From: Candidatus Dormibacter sp.
GTDB lineage: Bacteria; Chloroflexota; Dormibacteria; CF-121
DNA: 64,000 nt
Direction: 5' to 3'
Assembly: GCA_039922495.1 (NCBI GenBank)
Contig: JBDTEO010000017.1
Location: forward strand, 84,430-148,429
Shown: piece by piece, positions 18,344 through 28,111 of the stretch
How the letters are laid out: every line of letters begins with the position of its first letter
How positions within the stretch are numbered: position 1 is the stretch's first letter
Position numbers and translations under genes: made by a program
The notes under the pieces: generated by a model
What the model saw: only the letters and a program-made list of their open reading frames with translations
Told to the model about the DNA's origin: nothing
The model's database searches: none

Positions 18344-19918
18344 ATGCGACAGGAGATCGGGACGCGCCCCAGGCCCGTCGACGAGGTCCCGGCTTCGCCG
18401 CTTGCCTCGTCCCTGCTGCTGCCGCTGGCGTTCATCGGCGGGCTGACGAGCCTCGGCATCGAATTCGCGGCCTCCAGGCTGCTGGCCCCGTTCTTCGGCC
18501 AGTCCCTGTTCATCTGGGGCACCTTGATCGGCCTGATCCTGATCTACCTGACGATCGGCTACTACGCCGGGGGACGGCTGGCGGACCGGTACCCCGACGC
18601 GCGCCTGCTGTTCCGGCTGACGGCCGCGGCCGCACTCGCCACGGCGCTCATCCCGGTGATCTCGCGTCCGATCCTGTCGCTGGCGCAGACGGGATTCGCC
18701 CAGCTCTCCGTGGGACTGGTGCTGGGCTCGCTGGCGTCGGTCATCGTGCTCTTTGCCCTGCCGGTGATCCTGCTCGGCATGGTGTCGCCGTTTATCATCC
18801 GCTTGCGCATCCAGCGCCTCGAGGCCGCGGGCAACGCGGCCGGCGCCGTTTATGCCCTCTCGACGCTGGGGAGCATCCTCGGAACATTCCTTCCGGTCTT
18901 CTGGTTCATCCCCACGTTTGGGACGCGACCCACCATCATCGGCCTGGCGCTCGTCCTGGGCCTGATCTCGGCGGCCGGGCTGTGGGCCACCCGCAGACGG
19001 TTGCGATACGTGCTGCTCCCGGTCGCGGTGCTGCTGCTAGGTCTGGCCTCGGGCGGCAGCATCCGGAGCGCCGCCTACGGCCAGCTGGTCTACGAAGCGG
19101 AATCCGGCTACAACTACATCCAGGTGGTGCGAGATGGCACCGAGACCGACCTCGTGCTCAACGAGGGTCAGGCGGTCCACTCGATCTACGATCCGACGAC
19201 GATTTACACGCACGGCTACTGGGATGAGGTCCTGTTGGCGCCGTACTTTTCCTCAGGCCAGGTGCCAGGGCGAGTGGCGCTCATTGGCCTGGCCGGAGGG
19301 ACGGTGGCGCGGCAGTTTACGGCGATCGACGGACCGATCCCGATCGATGGCGTCGAGCTCGACCCGAAAATCGTCGACGTCGGCCGACGGTTTTTTGGCA
19401 TGACGGAACCCAATCTCAAGGTCTCCGTGGCGGATGGTCGCTACTGGATGGCGACGCAAGCAAAAAAATACGACGTGATTCTTGTCGACGCCTATCGCCA
19501 GCCGTACATCCCCTTCTATCTGACCACGCGGGAGTTTTTCGAAAACGCGAAAGCGCACCTGAATCCGGGAGGCGTCCTGGCCATCAACGTCGGGCGAACA
19601 GCGACGGACTATCGGCTGGTCGATGCCCTCGGCGGGACGCTGACGGCGGTGTTTCCCCGGGTCTTTGCGCTCGACACCGCGCATCACTTCACGAACAGCC
19701 TGCTGTTTGCGACAACGGCGCCGACGACGGTCGATGGCTTCCGGACCGCCGCCGGGGCCCAGTCAAATCCTCTTTTGAAGCCGATCGTCGATGACGCCCT
19801 CGCCGCGGGCAATGTCCGAGTCATGCACCCCAATGGCATCGTGTTCACGGACGACCTCGCTCCCGTCGAGCAACTGATCGATGACATTATCCTGGGCTAC
19901 ATCCGCAAAGGCGGCTGA
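18344..19918 (+). CDS. fused membrane domain / spermidine synthase-like polyamine aminopropyltransferase
   Basis: N-terminal multi-TM domain of about 230 aa, then a SpeE-like methyltransferase fold (VALIGLAGGTVARQF ... YDVILVDAY). Confidence 0.6.
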   Translation: MRQEIGTRPRPVDEVPASPLASSLLLPLAFIGGLTSLGIEFAASRLLAPFFGQSLFIWGTLIGLILIYLTIGYYAGGRLADRYPDARLLFRLTAAAALATALIPVISRPILSLAQTGFAQLSVGLVLGSLASVIVLFALPVILLGMVSPFIIRLRIQRLEAAGNAAGAVYALSTLGSILGTFLPVFWFIPTFGTRPTIIGLALVLGLISAAGLWATRRRLRYVLLPVAVLLLGLASGGSIRSAAYGQLVYEAESGYNYIQVVRDGTETDLVLNEGQAVHSIYDPTTIYTHGYWDEVLLAPYFSSGQVPGRVALIGLAGGTVARQFTAIDGPIPIDGVELDPKIVDVGRRFFGMTEPNLKVSVADGRYWMATQAKKYDVILVDAYRQPYIPFYLTTREFFENAKAHLNPGGVLAINVGRTATDYRLVDALGGTLTAVFPRVFALDTAHHFTNSLLFATTAPTTVDGFRTAAGAQSNPLLKPIVDDALAAGNVRVMHPNGIVFTDDLAPVEQLIDDIILGYIRKGG

Positions 19919-19934
19919 TCGATAGAATTGACTC

Positions 19935-21026
19935 ATGACGGTAGCGCAGCTAACTGAAGAGGGCGTCCTTGAGGCGCTCAGCACGGTGAAGGACCCGGAG
20001 CTTCACAAGGGCATGCTCGAGCTGAAGATGCTCCAGGACGTCGTGGTCCTCGATCCGGAGACCATCGGCATGCGCGTCGTCCTGACGACGCCCGCCTGTC
20101 CCCTCAAGAACCGGATCCACGACGACATCGACGCCGCACTGGCCATGCTGCCGGGATCGCCGAAGGCCAAGATCACCTGGGACGCCCAGGTCTCACGGAC
20201 CGGCGGCATCCCGCAGAAGCAGCAGGTCGAGGGCGTCAAGAACATCGTCTCGGTTGGGGCCGGCAAAGGTGGCGTCGGCAAATCCACCTGCGCCGTTAAC
20301 ATCGCGATCGCCCTATCGCAGCTTGGTGCGCGGACCGGCGTGCTGGACGCCGACGTCTACGGGCCGAACGTGCATATTCTCCTCGGTGCCGAACACGAAA
20401 AACCCTATGCGCAGGATGAAAAAATCATTCCGATCCAGCGCTACGGGATCAAAATTATTTCGATCGGCTTCTTTATTGAGCCCGACAAGCCGGCGATCTG
20501 GCGCGGGCCAATGCTGTCCGGTGCGGTGCGCCAATTTCTTTTCGACGTCAATTGGGGTGAGCTGGACTATCTTGTCGTCGACCTGCCGCCCGGCACCGGG
20601 GACGTGCAGTTGACCATGTCGCAGAGCATCCCGATGACCGGCGCTGTCGTCGTCTCGACGCCGCAGGATGTCTCGACCGCCGATGTCGGCCGCGCCATCC
20701 AAATGTTCAATACCTTGAAAGTGCCAAACCTGGGCCTGGTCGAGAACATGAGCTTCCACATCTGCCCGCATTGCGGCGAACGCAGCGATATCTTCGGGCA
20801 CGGTGGTGCCCGCGCCCTGGCCGAACGGATGCAGATCCCGTTCCTTGGCGAGATCCCGTTGGACCAACGGATTCGCGAAGGCGGCGGTCCGGGTGTCCCC
20901 CTGATGATCAGCGATCCCGATTCGCCGCTCGCATCCGTCTATCGGGATGTCGCCTCCCATCTGGCCGCCCAGGTCAGCATCCGCAACTTCAAGCAATCGA
21001 GCTTCATTCCCCTGCGTACGATCTAG
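19935..21026 (+). CDS. Mrp/ApbC/NBP35 iron-sulfur cluster carrier ATPase with N-terminal DUF59 (MIP18) domain
   Basis: Walker A GKGGVGKST; CPHC metal site; conserved ApbC blocks. Confidence 0.9.
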   Translation: MTVAQLTEEGVLEALSTVKDPELHKGMLELKMLQDVVVLDPETIGMRVVLTTPACPLKNRIHDDIDAALAMLPGSPKAKITWDAQVSRTGGIPQKQQVEGVKNIVSVGAGKGGVGKSTCAVNIAIALSQLGARTGVLDADVYGPNVHILLGAEHEKPYAQDEKIIPIQRYGIKIISIGFFIEPDKPAIWRGPMLSGAVRQFLFDVNWGELDYLVVDLPPGTGDVQLTMSQSIPMTGAVVVSTPQDVSTADVGRAIQMFNTLKVPNLGLVENMSFHICPHCGERSDIFGHGGARALAERMQIPFLGEIPLDQRIREGGGPGVPLMISDPDSPLASVYRDVASHLAAQVSIRNFKQSSFIPLRTI

Positions 21027-21063
21027 TTCTCGACCGCCGGACGCCAACGGACGGCCTTCTGCC

Positions 21064-22212
21064 ATGAGCGCCGCGCACCAACTGGATGCTCGTGCCCGGC
21101 AGCTATTCGGCGAAGTCTGCGGCTATCCACCCGCCGCCGTGGCGATCGCCCCGGGTCGCATGAACATCATCGGGGAACACACGGATTACAACCAGGGTTG
21201 GGTCTTGCCGGCCGCCATTGACCGGTTCGTCGGTGTGGCCTTCCGCCCGCGTCGTGATGCCCAGATCGTACTGCAAAGCGATCGCTATCCGACCCCGGTT
21301 CGGCTTCCGCGCCTACCCGATCGCAAGCAGGAAGCCTGGTACGACTACGTGGTAGGGGTCGCGCACCAGATCGATGCGCGCCGGGGTTCCACCACCGGAT
21401 TCGATGCCGTGGTGGTCGCCGATCTCCCGGCCGGCTCCGGCCTGAGCTCGTCCGGGGCCCTGGAGGTCGCTTTTGCGGTTGCTTCCACCGCCGCGCGAGG
21501 CCTGGCGCTGCCGCCCGCCGAGCTGGCGGCCCTCTGTCAACAGGCCGAAAACGAGTTTATTGGCGCGCGCACCGGCATCATGGATCAGTACACGGCCCTG
21601 CTGGCCCGCGCCGGGAACGCGATGCTGCTGGACTGCCGCAGCCTGGCGCACGAAGATGTTGCACTTCCAGATGTCCGATTCGCCTGGTTGCTCGCCGACA
21701 CGCGGATTCGGCACGAACTTGCCGCGTCCGCGTACAACGAGCGGCGTGCCCAATGTGAGGCAGCGGCCGCCGTCCTCGGCTTCACCAGTCTTCGGGACGC
21801 CTCGGAGGCCGACCTCGATCGGATCCAGGATCCGCTGCTCCGGCGCCGAGCCCGGCACGTCGTCATGGAGAACGCCCGGGTCCTTGCCGCCGCCGGCGCC
21901 CTGCGACGGCGCGAGACGCGTGCGCTTGGGCCGCTCCTCGATGCCTCGCATGCCAGCCTTCAGCGTGATTTCGCCGTCAGTAGTCCGGAGCTGGATGCCC
22001 TGGTCGACCTCGCCCACGGGGTGCCGCAGGTCATCGGGGCCCGGATGATGGGGGGCGGCTTCGGTGGCTGCGCGATCGTGCTCCTGGAGGCAACCGGGCT
22101 CGATGATCTCGAGCAACATCTGCAGATCGGGTACACGGACATGTTCCATCGTTCGGCCGAGTTTTACCGCGTTCGCTCCGTAGACGGTACGATGCCGGCA
22201 AGGTCCCACTGA
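21064..22212 (+). CDS. galK: galactokinase
   Basis: Galactokinase signature GRMNIIGEHTDYN and GHMP-kinase motif PAGSGLSSSGA. Confidence 0.85.
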   Translation: MSAAHQLDARARQLFGEVCGYPPAAVAIAPGRMNIIGEHTDYNQGWVLPAAIDRFVGVAFRPRRDAQIVLQSDRYPTPVRLPRLPDRKQEAWYDYVVGVAHQIDARRGSTTGFDAVVVADLPAGSGLSSSGALEVAFAVASTAARGLALPPAELAALCQQAENEFIGARTGIMDQYTALLARAGNAMLLDCRSLAHEDVALPDVRFAWLLADTRIRHELAASAYNERRAQCEAAAAVLGFTSLRDASEADLDRIQDPLLRRRARHVVMENARVLAAAGALRRRETRALGPLLDASHASLQRDFAVSSPELDALVDLAHGVPQVIGARMMGGGFGGCAIVLLEATGLDDLEQHLQIGYTDMFHRSAEFYRVRSVDGTMPARSH

Positions 22213-22214
22213 CG

Positions 22215-24560
22215 ATGTCACTCAATGACTGCCTGTCGCTGATGCCGGTTCAGGCGCTGAACCGCCAGGACCTGACCGCCGGTTGGCGGATGGCGATCGC
22301 CACCCTCGGCGAGGGCGAAGACCGCGGGTTCGCCCACCTCGATTTCGACGACGACGCCTGGGCGCCCGTCGCGGTACCGCGCTTGCACGGTGCCACGGCG
22401 GGCAACGAGGCGATCTGGTACCGGCGGCGGTTCCCCCGACCCAAGCATCGCCAACGAACACTCCTGCGATTCGAGGGGGCGTTCCTGGTTGCGAACGTCT
22501 GGCTGAACGGCCGCTTGCTGGGCAGCCACTACGGCTACTTCGCGCCGTTCAGCTTCGACGTGTCGTCGTTCCTGCTCGATGAGAACGTGCTAGCCGTCTG
22601 CATCGAGGCCCCGGTTGAGATGGACCTGGCCGGCAAGCGGCACGTGATGGGAATCTTCAACGACTCGGACTTCAAGCCCTACCCGAGCCGCGAGATCGGC
22701 CAGCTGAGCGAGCAGTTCGTCTGGCACGTCCCGATGGGCCTCTGGCGGCCGGTCCTGATCGAACAGGTCGGCCACGTCGTCGCTGAGTGGCTGCACTGCG
22801 AAACGCGGGTTGAAGACGGCGACCTGGCGCGTCTCGCGCTTCGGACTCGACTGCGCAATCTGGACGGGCGCATCATGACCGGCGAGCTGAGCATCCGGGT
22901 GAGTCCCGAAAACTTCCAGGGGGGGCCGCCCCTGGAAATGAAACGGGCGCTGCGCCTCGCCGGCCACGAGGTCCAAGACGTCGCGGTGAAACTGGCCCTT
23001 CCGCACCCACGGCTCTGGTCTCCCTGGGCACACGGTGAGCCGGCGCTCTACCGGGCGGAGGTCGACGTCACGGCGGATGAGCGTCGCAGCGCCGCCCTCA
23101 GCGAGACCTTCGGGATTCGTGACGTGGCCCTCCAAACGCGAGCCGAGGGCTGGACCTTCCGGGTCAATGGCAGCCGCATGTTCATCCGCGGGGCCAACTA
23201 TGTGAGCGAGTACTTCCTGGACGGCGCCACCGACGAACGGGTGCATGGCGATCTGGATCTCGCTCGCCAGGCCAATATGGACATGCTCCGGATCCCCGGA
23301 CACCTGGAGCCGCCGGCGCTGTACGACGGCGCCGACCGGCGCGGCCTGCTGCTCTGGCAGGACATGCCCCTGGTGGGGTCGTACGTCCACCGGGGCGACC
23401 CGCGGTCGCTGGCGTTCTTTCGGGAGGCGGTCGTGGCCCAGATCGAGGAGGCGGTTCACCTCCTGTTTAATCACCCGTCCGTCGTGGCCTACGCGGTCCA
23501 TGCGGATCCGCCCTGGTGCCGGGGGCAGAGCTGGCTGGGAGAACGGCACACGGAGCAGCTCAACCGCGACGTCGACGATGACGGCCTGGCGCTGATCAAG
23601 GAGCTCGATCCGTCGCGTCCGGCGATCGCGGCGTCGGGCGACGCCGATGCGCACATGTCACTGACGTCTCGACCCGGGCGGGAGCAGGCCATGGAGGACC
23701 CCGCCTTCGTCAGCGAGATCGGAGTCCAGTCACTGCCGAATATGAATTCCCCGGTCTGGCGAAGCCTGAACCGAAACTGGCCGGTGGCCGACGATGATGA
23801 GGGGTGGCGCTACGCCGGCTACCATCCTGACGAGTGGATCCGCAGCGGCGTCGGCCCGCCCTCCGCCCATCCCAGTAGAGACGCGTATATCCGCGCCGGC
23901 CAGGAGTTTCAGGCGAATTTCTTGCGCTCCAGCGTGCTTCGATCGCGGCGGCGGAAGTTTGCGCCCTGTGGGGGCATCCTCATCGCCCGGCTGGTCGACG
24001 CCTACCCGGCGATTTCTTCAGCAGTCGTCGACCACGCGCGCCGGCCAAAGCGCGCCTATCGAGCCGTGACCGACGCCTTCGCGCCACTCTTGCTGACGGT
24101 GGATCTTCCCCAGGACGGGTTCTTCACCGACGGTTTGCTCGCGCAGCTGGGTCGCGGGCGGCCCTATCGGCTGCGACTGGTCATCGTGAACGATGATCCC
24201 GAGCAACGCGGCATTGCGCGCTTGCGCTGGCGTGTCGACCGGGAGCGCGGACCGCAGGCCGACTGGTGGCGTGCCATGCGCGGTTGGTTCGCCCGGCGTC
24301 GCTTCCGCGGACAGGACTGGGTTACGATTCCCGATGCGCTCGATCCAGCGACGGTGGTCGCGGAGCCGTTGGTTCGCCTCCATGCCGATGGTCTCTACCG
24401 GCTTGCCGCTGAACTTGAGGTCAACGGCCGCACCGTTGCCACGATGGACGAGCGCTTCCTGGTTGCCGATCCACCGACTCGCGCCGAGGGGTTCAGCGCA
24501 GATCGGGCGGCCCGCCGGGCTCCAAGCGGCCAGCCGGCTCCGGTGACGAGCCGGCGTTAG
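22215..24560 (+). CDS. glycoside hydrolase family 2 protein (beta-mannosidase/beta-galactosidase-like)
   Basis: GH2 sugar-binding and TIM-barrel blocks (WLNGRLLGSHYGYFAPFSFDVS, WQDMP, NHPSVVAY); start 3 nt after the galK stop. Confidence 0.7.
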   Translation: MSLNDCLSLMPVQALNRQDLTAGWRMAIATLGEGEDRGFAHLDFDDDAWAPVAVPRLHGATAGNEAIWYRRRFPRPKHRQRTLLRFEGAFLVANVWLNGRLLGSHYGYFAPFSFDVSSFLLDENVLAVCIEAPVEMDLAGKRHVMGIFNDSDFKPYPSREIGQLSEQFVWHVPMGLWRPVLIEQVGHVVAEWLHCETRVEDGDLARLALRTRLRNLDGRIMTGELSIRVSPENFQGGPPLEMKRALRLAGHEVQDVAVKLALPHPRLWSPWAHGEPALYRAEVDVTADERRSAALSETFGIRDVALQTRAEGWTFRVNGSRMFIRGANYVSEYFLDGATDERVHGDLDLARQANMDMLRIPGHLEPPALYDGADRRGLLLWQDMPLVGSYVHRGDPRSLAFFREAVVAQIEEAVHLLFNHPSVVAYAVHADPPWCRGQSWLGERHTEQLNRDVDDDGLALIKELDPSRPAIAASGDADAHMSLTSRPGREQAMEDPAFVSEIGVQSLPNMNSPVWRSLNRNWPVADDDEGWRYAGYHPDEWIRSGVGPPSAHPSRDAYIRAGQEFQANFLRSSVLRSRRRKFAPCGGILIARLVDAYPAISSAVVDHARRPKRAYRAVTDAFAPLLLTVDLPQDGFFTDGLLAQLGRGRPYRLRLVIVNDDPEQRGIARLRWRVDRERGPQADWWRAMRGWFARRRFRGQDWVTIPDALDPATVVAEPLVRLHADGLYRLAAELEVNGRTVATMDERFLVADPPTRAEGFSADRAARRAPSGQPAPVTSRR

Positions 24561-25827
24561 CCGGGACCCGACCGGTGCGACACAACTCGGCATAGACCCG
24601 TGCGCTGGGCCGCAGGGTCCGTTCCTGCGTCGCCAGGTCGTTGGCGATCAAGCCGAATTTCGCGCGATAGCCTTCGGCCCACTCGAAGTTATCGAAACAG
24701 GTCCAGTGAAAATAGCCCTGCAGCGGCACCCCGGCGTTGAGCGCCCGCAGCATCGCCTGGGCGTGCGTCAGAACGAAGTTTGCTCTTAGCCGGTCGGCCC
24801 GGTCCGCGATGCCGTTTTCGAGAACCAGGATCGGCAACCGCTCGCGGCGCAGCCAGCGAAGGGTTCGATATAAGCCCTCGGGGTAGATTTCCCAATCCAG
24901 GTCGGATCGCATGACATCACGTTTTAGCACGCGTTGGCCGAAGAGCTCGGTCCGGTAACGGCGATTGAACTTGACCAGTTCGCGCGTGTAGTAGTTCAGG
25001 CCGAAGAAGTCCTGGCTGTGGTGAGGGCCGAAGGCTCTGCCGGCGCGGGTCAGGGGAAACGCCAGGCGGCCTTCGCGCAGCGACCGCAGAACGGTCTCGT
25101 TGAAAATGCGCTGGAAGATCGCGGCCACGGCGCGGTCCTGGGGCGCCAGCCGCCTGGCCGGGTCGAAGACCCGCAGGTGGTGCGCCAACCCGACACGGGC
25201 ACCGGGCCTCCGTGCCTTGATGCGTTCGTAGGCCAGCCAGTGTCCGCGAAGCAGGGTGACCAGGACGTGGGAGGCGGCTCCCAGGTCACCACGATGGCCC
25301 GGGGGCCACTCGCCCTGGACAAAGCCCTGGTAAGCGAGCACCGTCGGCTCGTTAATCGTCACCCAGTCGTCGGCCAGCTCGCCCAGCTCCAGCATGACCC
25401 GGTCGACAAAGCTTGCAAACCGTTCGGCGGTCTCCGGCGAGTCCCAGCCGCCGGCCTGGACGACCCAGCTCGGAATCGTGAAGTGATGCAGCGTCACGAC
25501 TGGCTTGAGGCCGGAGGTCCGAAGCGCCCGTAGCACCTCGGCATAATGGCCGATCGCTGCGGCGGAGAATTCGCCCGGGCTGGGCTCGATCCGGCTCCAT
25601 TCCAGCGACAGCCGGTGCGCGTTCTGATGGAGCCCGGCGAGCAAGGCAAAGTCCTCGCGGAAGCGCTCGAAGTGCTGACAAGCCGGATCGGACCGATCGC
25701 CGTTCTTGATATGCCCCGGAACAGCTTCCCAGGCCCACCAATCGTTGGCATGGTTGCCACCTTCGACCTGGTGGGCGGCGGTGGCCGTCCCCCAGAGAAA
25801 GTCGGCTGGAAATCGATCCAGGGTCAC
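24493..25827 (-). CDS. GH1 family beta-glucosidase
   Basis: TINEPTV (acid/base Glu) and LENG (nucleophile Glu) motifs; probable GTG start at 25827 overlapping the upstream stop (GTGA). Confidence 0.8.
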   Translation of the reverse strand: MTLDRFPADFLWGTATAAHQVEGGNHANDWWAWEAVPGHIKNGDRSDPACQHFERFREDFALLAGLHQNAHRLSLEWSRIEPSPGEFSAAAIGHYAEVLRALRTSGLKPVVTLHHFTIPSWVVQAGGWDSPETAERFASFVDRVMLELGELADDWVTINEPTVLAYQGFVQGEWPPGHRGDLGAASHVLVTLLRGHWLAYERIKARRPGARVGLAHHLRVFDPARRLAPQDRAVAAIFQRIFNETVLRSLREGRLAFPLTRAGRAFGPHHSQDFFGLNYYTRELVKFNRRYRTELFGQRVLKRDVMRSDLDWEIYPEGLYRTLRWLRRERLPILVLENGIADRADRLRANFVLTHAQAMLRALNAGVPLQGYFHWTCFDNFEWAEGYRAKFGLIANDLATQERTLRPSARVYAELCRTGRVPANAGSSPEPAGRLEPGGPPDLR

Positions 25828-26564
25828 AAGGCTCCAGCCGGCCGCGCCAGCGCGGCCGCGATGACGACGAGAGCGAGCAGGGCGAGACCGAGGACCAGCA
25901 GGCAACCGATCGGGCCCAGGACGGCGGTGACCGCTCGGCCCGTCGACAAGCCGTAGTGGGCCTGGGCGGCCATCACGAGCAGGACGTTCTGCCAGACAAA
26001 GATGGTGAGCCCGAGCGTGCCAGTCAGCGAGTCGATCGAGTGTTGGGCTTGCCCACTTGACGAGAGGCGGGCAACCGTGTCAAGCACCGTCACGGGGGTG
26101 GCGACCAGTCCCACCAGGGCGACGAATCCAATCAGCTTGAGAAAATTCATCAGGTCCCCGCGGCCATGCAGGGCGCGAGCGCCGGCGTGGATCACCAGCC
26201 CGGCGACGATCCAGAGCAGCAGGCTCCCCAGCAGCGTGACGACCGGGACGCGGAACCGGTGCTGGTAGACCCAACGCGCATAAATATCCAGGCCCTGCGC
26301 GCTGAGCGACGGCAGGGAGCCGAGACTGGCGGGCGGGCGGTACGGGCCGAGCGCAGCCAGCTCGGCCAGGATCGCCGGGACCAGCACCGACAACCCGAGC
26401 GCGAGCGCGCCGTGGGCCGGGTGCCGGCGGCGGTCGATCTCTGGAAGCGCTCGGAACGGATGCAGCGTGAGTGCCAGTAAATCCGTCCAGAGGAACATCG
26501 CGGCGCATTGTAGCGTGCCACGGCTCGGATCGTGCTTATAATCCCGCGAGCGATGGCACGTCAT
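25824..26564 (-). CDS. YIP1-family-like multi-TM membrane protein
   Basis: Five predicted TM helices; family call tentative; an internal start at about 26498 is equally plausible. Confidence 0.4.
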   Translation of the reverse strand: MTCHRSRDYKHDPSRGTLQCAAMFLWTDLLALTLHPFRALPEIDRRRHPAHGALALGLSVLVPAILAELAALGPYRPPASLGSLPSLSAQGLDIYARWVYQHRFRVPVVTLLGSLLLWIVAGLVIHAGARALHGRGDLMNFLKLIGFVALVGLVATPVTVLDTVARLSSSGQAQHSIDSLTGTLGLTIFVWQNVLLVMAAQAHYGLSTGRAVTAVLGPIGCLLVLGLALLALVVIAAALARPAGAL

Positions 26565-28100
26565 GAATCTGCGGGCGCTGCTCGGCCAGGGCTGGCCGAC
26601 CGGACGACGGCGCTGGTTGGCTGGACCATTGCCTGGCGAGCCACCAGCGCGATCGCCACCCTGGGCCTGGGCGCCGTGCTCGTCCGGCAGTTGCCGACCA
26701 GCGAGTACGGCCGGTACACGCTCGTTCTCAGCGTGCTGGTCTACATCGCCCTGCTGGCGACCTTCGGCCAGGACCAGGGATTACTGCGCTACCTGCCGGA
26801 GGTCCTGGCTCGCGGCGATCGTCCCGCGGCCAACGACCTGGTGCGCAAGAGCGCGATTGCCGTCATCACGGTGTGGCTGCTGACCAGCCTGACGGTCTGG
26901 ATCTTGCGGCCCGCCATTGATAGCGCGCTGCATGCCCACGTCGCCGATCTGCTGGCGCTCGGGACGGTGCTGCTGCTCGGCGGGATCGCGGCCGGTGTGC
27001 TGTCGTTCGCGCTGGTAGCGATCTACGACATGCGAAGCCAGGCGATCGCGACGCCAATCGCGGGTGCCTTGACGCTCGCCCTCGCGATTTTCTTTCTGCG
27101 ACATAGCGGGCACCTGGGCAGCGTGCTCGTCGCGGGCGCTGTGGGGCAGTCTGCCCTGGCCGGATTTTATTTCTTTGTCTTGCTGCGCCGCATCCGGCGC
27201 GCCGAGGGCATCCCCGGAGACCGGGTTGGCTGGCGCCGATTGCTCACGTACGCCAGCGGCTGGCTGCCAAGCTTGTTGATCGCCTCGGCCGTTGGCCTCC
27301 AGTTCGAGAGCCTGTTCTTGCTGCGCTTCAGCGGCGCCAGCACCGTCGCGTTCTACGACACGGGCTACAACATTCCCCAGCGACTCGTTGCCTTGATCCC
27401 GAGCCTGCTAACCGGGGCATGGGTCGTCGGCACGCTCGAGGGCGGTCGCGGCGAACTGGGCCGCCTGCGGTCCGCGGTCGTCGCATTCTACAAGGGCATT
27501 TTTCTGGTCGCGTTCCCGTTATTGATCGGCGGCGTTGCGCTACTGGGCCCGCTGGTGCTCGCCGTCTATACCCTGGCCCCTGCCGCCCGGATCGCGCCGC
27601 TGTTGCTGGCGTTTTTCATCGCGGCCCTGCTCGCCACCCCCTGGGGACTCGTCGTCCGTGTCCGCGAGCTGGCCTGGCTGAATGCGCTGATCAGCATCGT
27701 CCAGGTGGGATTCGCCGCGGTCGCCGACTTCTGGCTGATCCAGCGTTTCGGGCTGTCCGGCGCGGTCGCCGCGGTGGGCCTGACGACCGTGATGACATTG
27801 ATCTTGACGTTCCTGGCCTGGCGGCGGTTCGATCGTGGCTCGCTCGCGATCCCCTGGGCATATGCGGCCCGCTGCCTGGTTGCCGCGCTGCCCTACGCGC
27901 TACTGCTGCCACTGGCGGCCGCGCACCTGCGGCTACGCAGCCTGTTCGTCATCGCGTTTTTTGTGTCCGCCCTGGCAACCGCCGGCTGGCTGTACTTGAT
28001 TCGCCGGCTGAAATTGCTGTCACGCGACGAAGTGCCACTCTTGCATGAAAGCCGGCAGGCGCCAGTTCGGATCGCCCTGCGATACCTCGCGCCGGACTAG
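26532..28100 (+). CDS. oligosaccharide/polysaccharide flippase (Wzx-like, MOP superfamily)
   Basis: About 14 TM helices and an N-terminal pattern typical of polysaccharide biosynthesis exporters. Confidence 0.65.
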   Translation: MLIIPRAMARHESAGAARPGLADRTTALVGWTIAWRATSAIATLGLGAVLVRQLPTSEYGRYTLVLSVLVYIALLATFGQDQGLLRYLPEVLARGDRPAANDLVRKSAIAVITVWLLTSLTVWILRPAIDSALHAHVADLLALGTVLLLGGIAAGVLSFALVAIYDMRSQAIATPIAGALTLALAIFFLRHSGHLGSVLVAGAVGQSALAGFYFFVLLRRIRRAEGIPGDRVGWRRLLTYASGWLPSLLIASAVGLQFESLFLLRFSGASTVAFYDTGYNIPQRLVALIPSLLTGAWVVGTLEGGRGELGRLRSAVVAFYKGIFLVAFPLLIGGVALLGPLVLAVYTLAPAARIAPLLLAFFIAALLATPWGLVVRVRELAWLNALISIVQVGFAAVADFWLIQRFGLSGAVAAVGLTTVMTLILTFLAWRRFDRGSLAIPWAYAARCLVAALPYALLLPLAAAHLRLRSLFVIAFFVSALATAGWLYLIRRLKLLSRDEVPLLHESRQAPVRIALRYLAPD

Positions 28101-28111
28101 AAATTGCGCAA

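Noticed and set aside
22590-23654. 354-aa minus-strand ORF inside the GH2 gene
   Set aside because: Antisense to a conserved glycoside hydrolase, with Arg/Pro/Gly-dominated composition.
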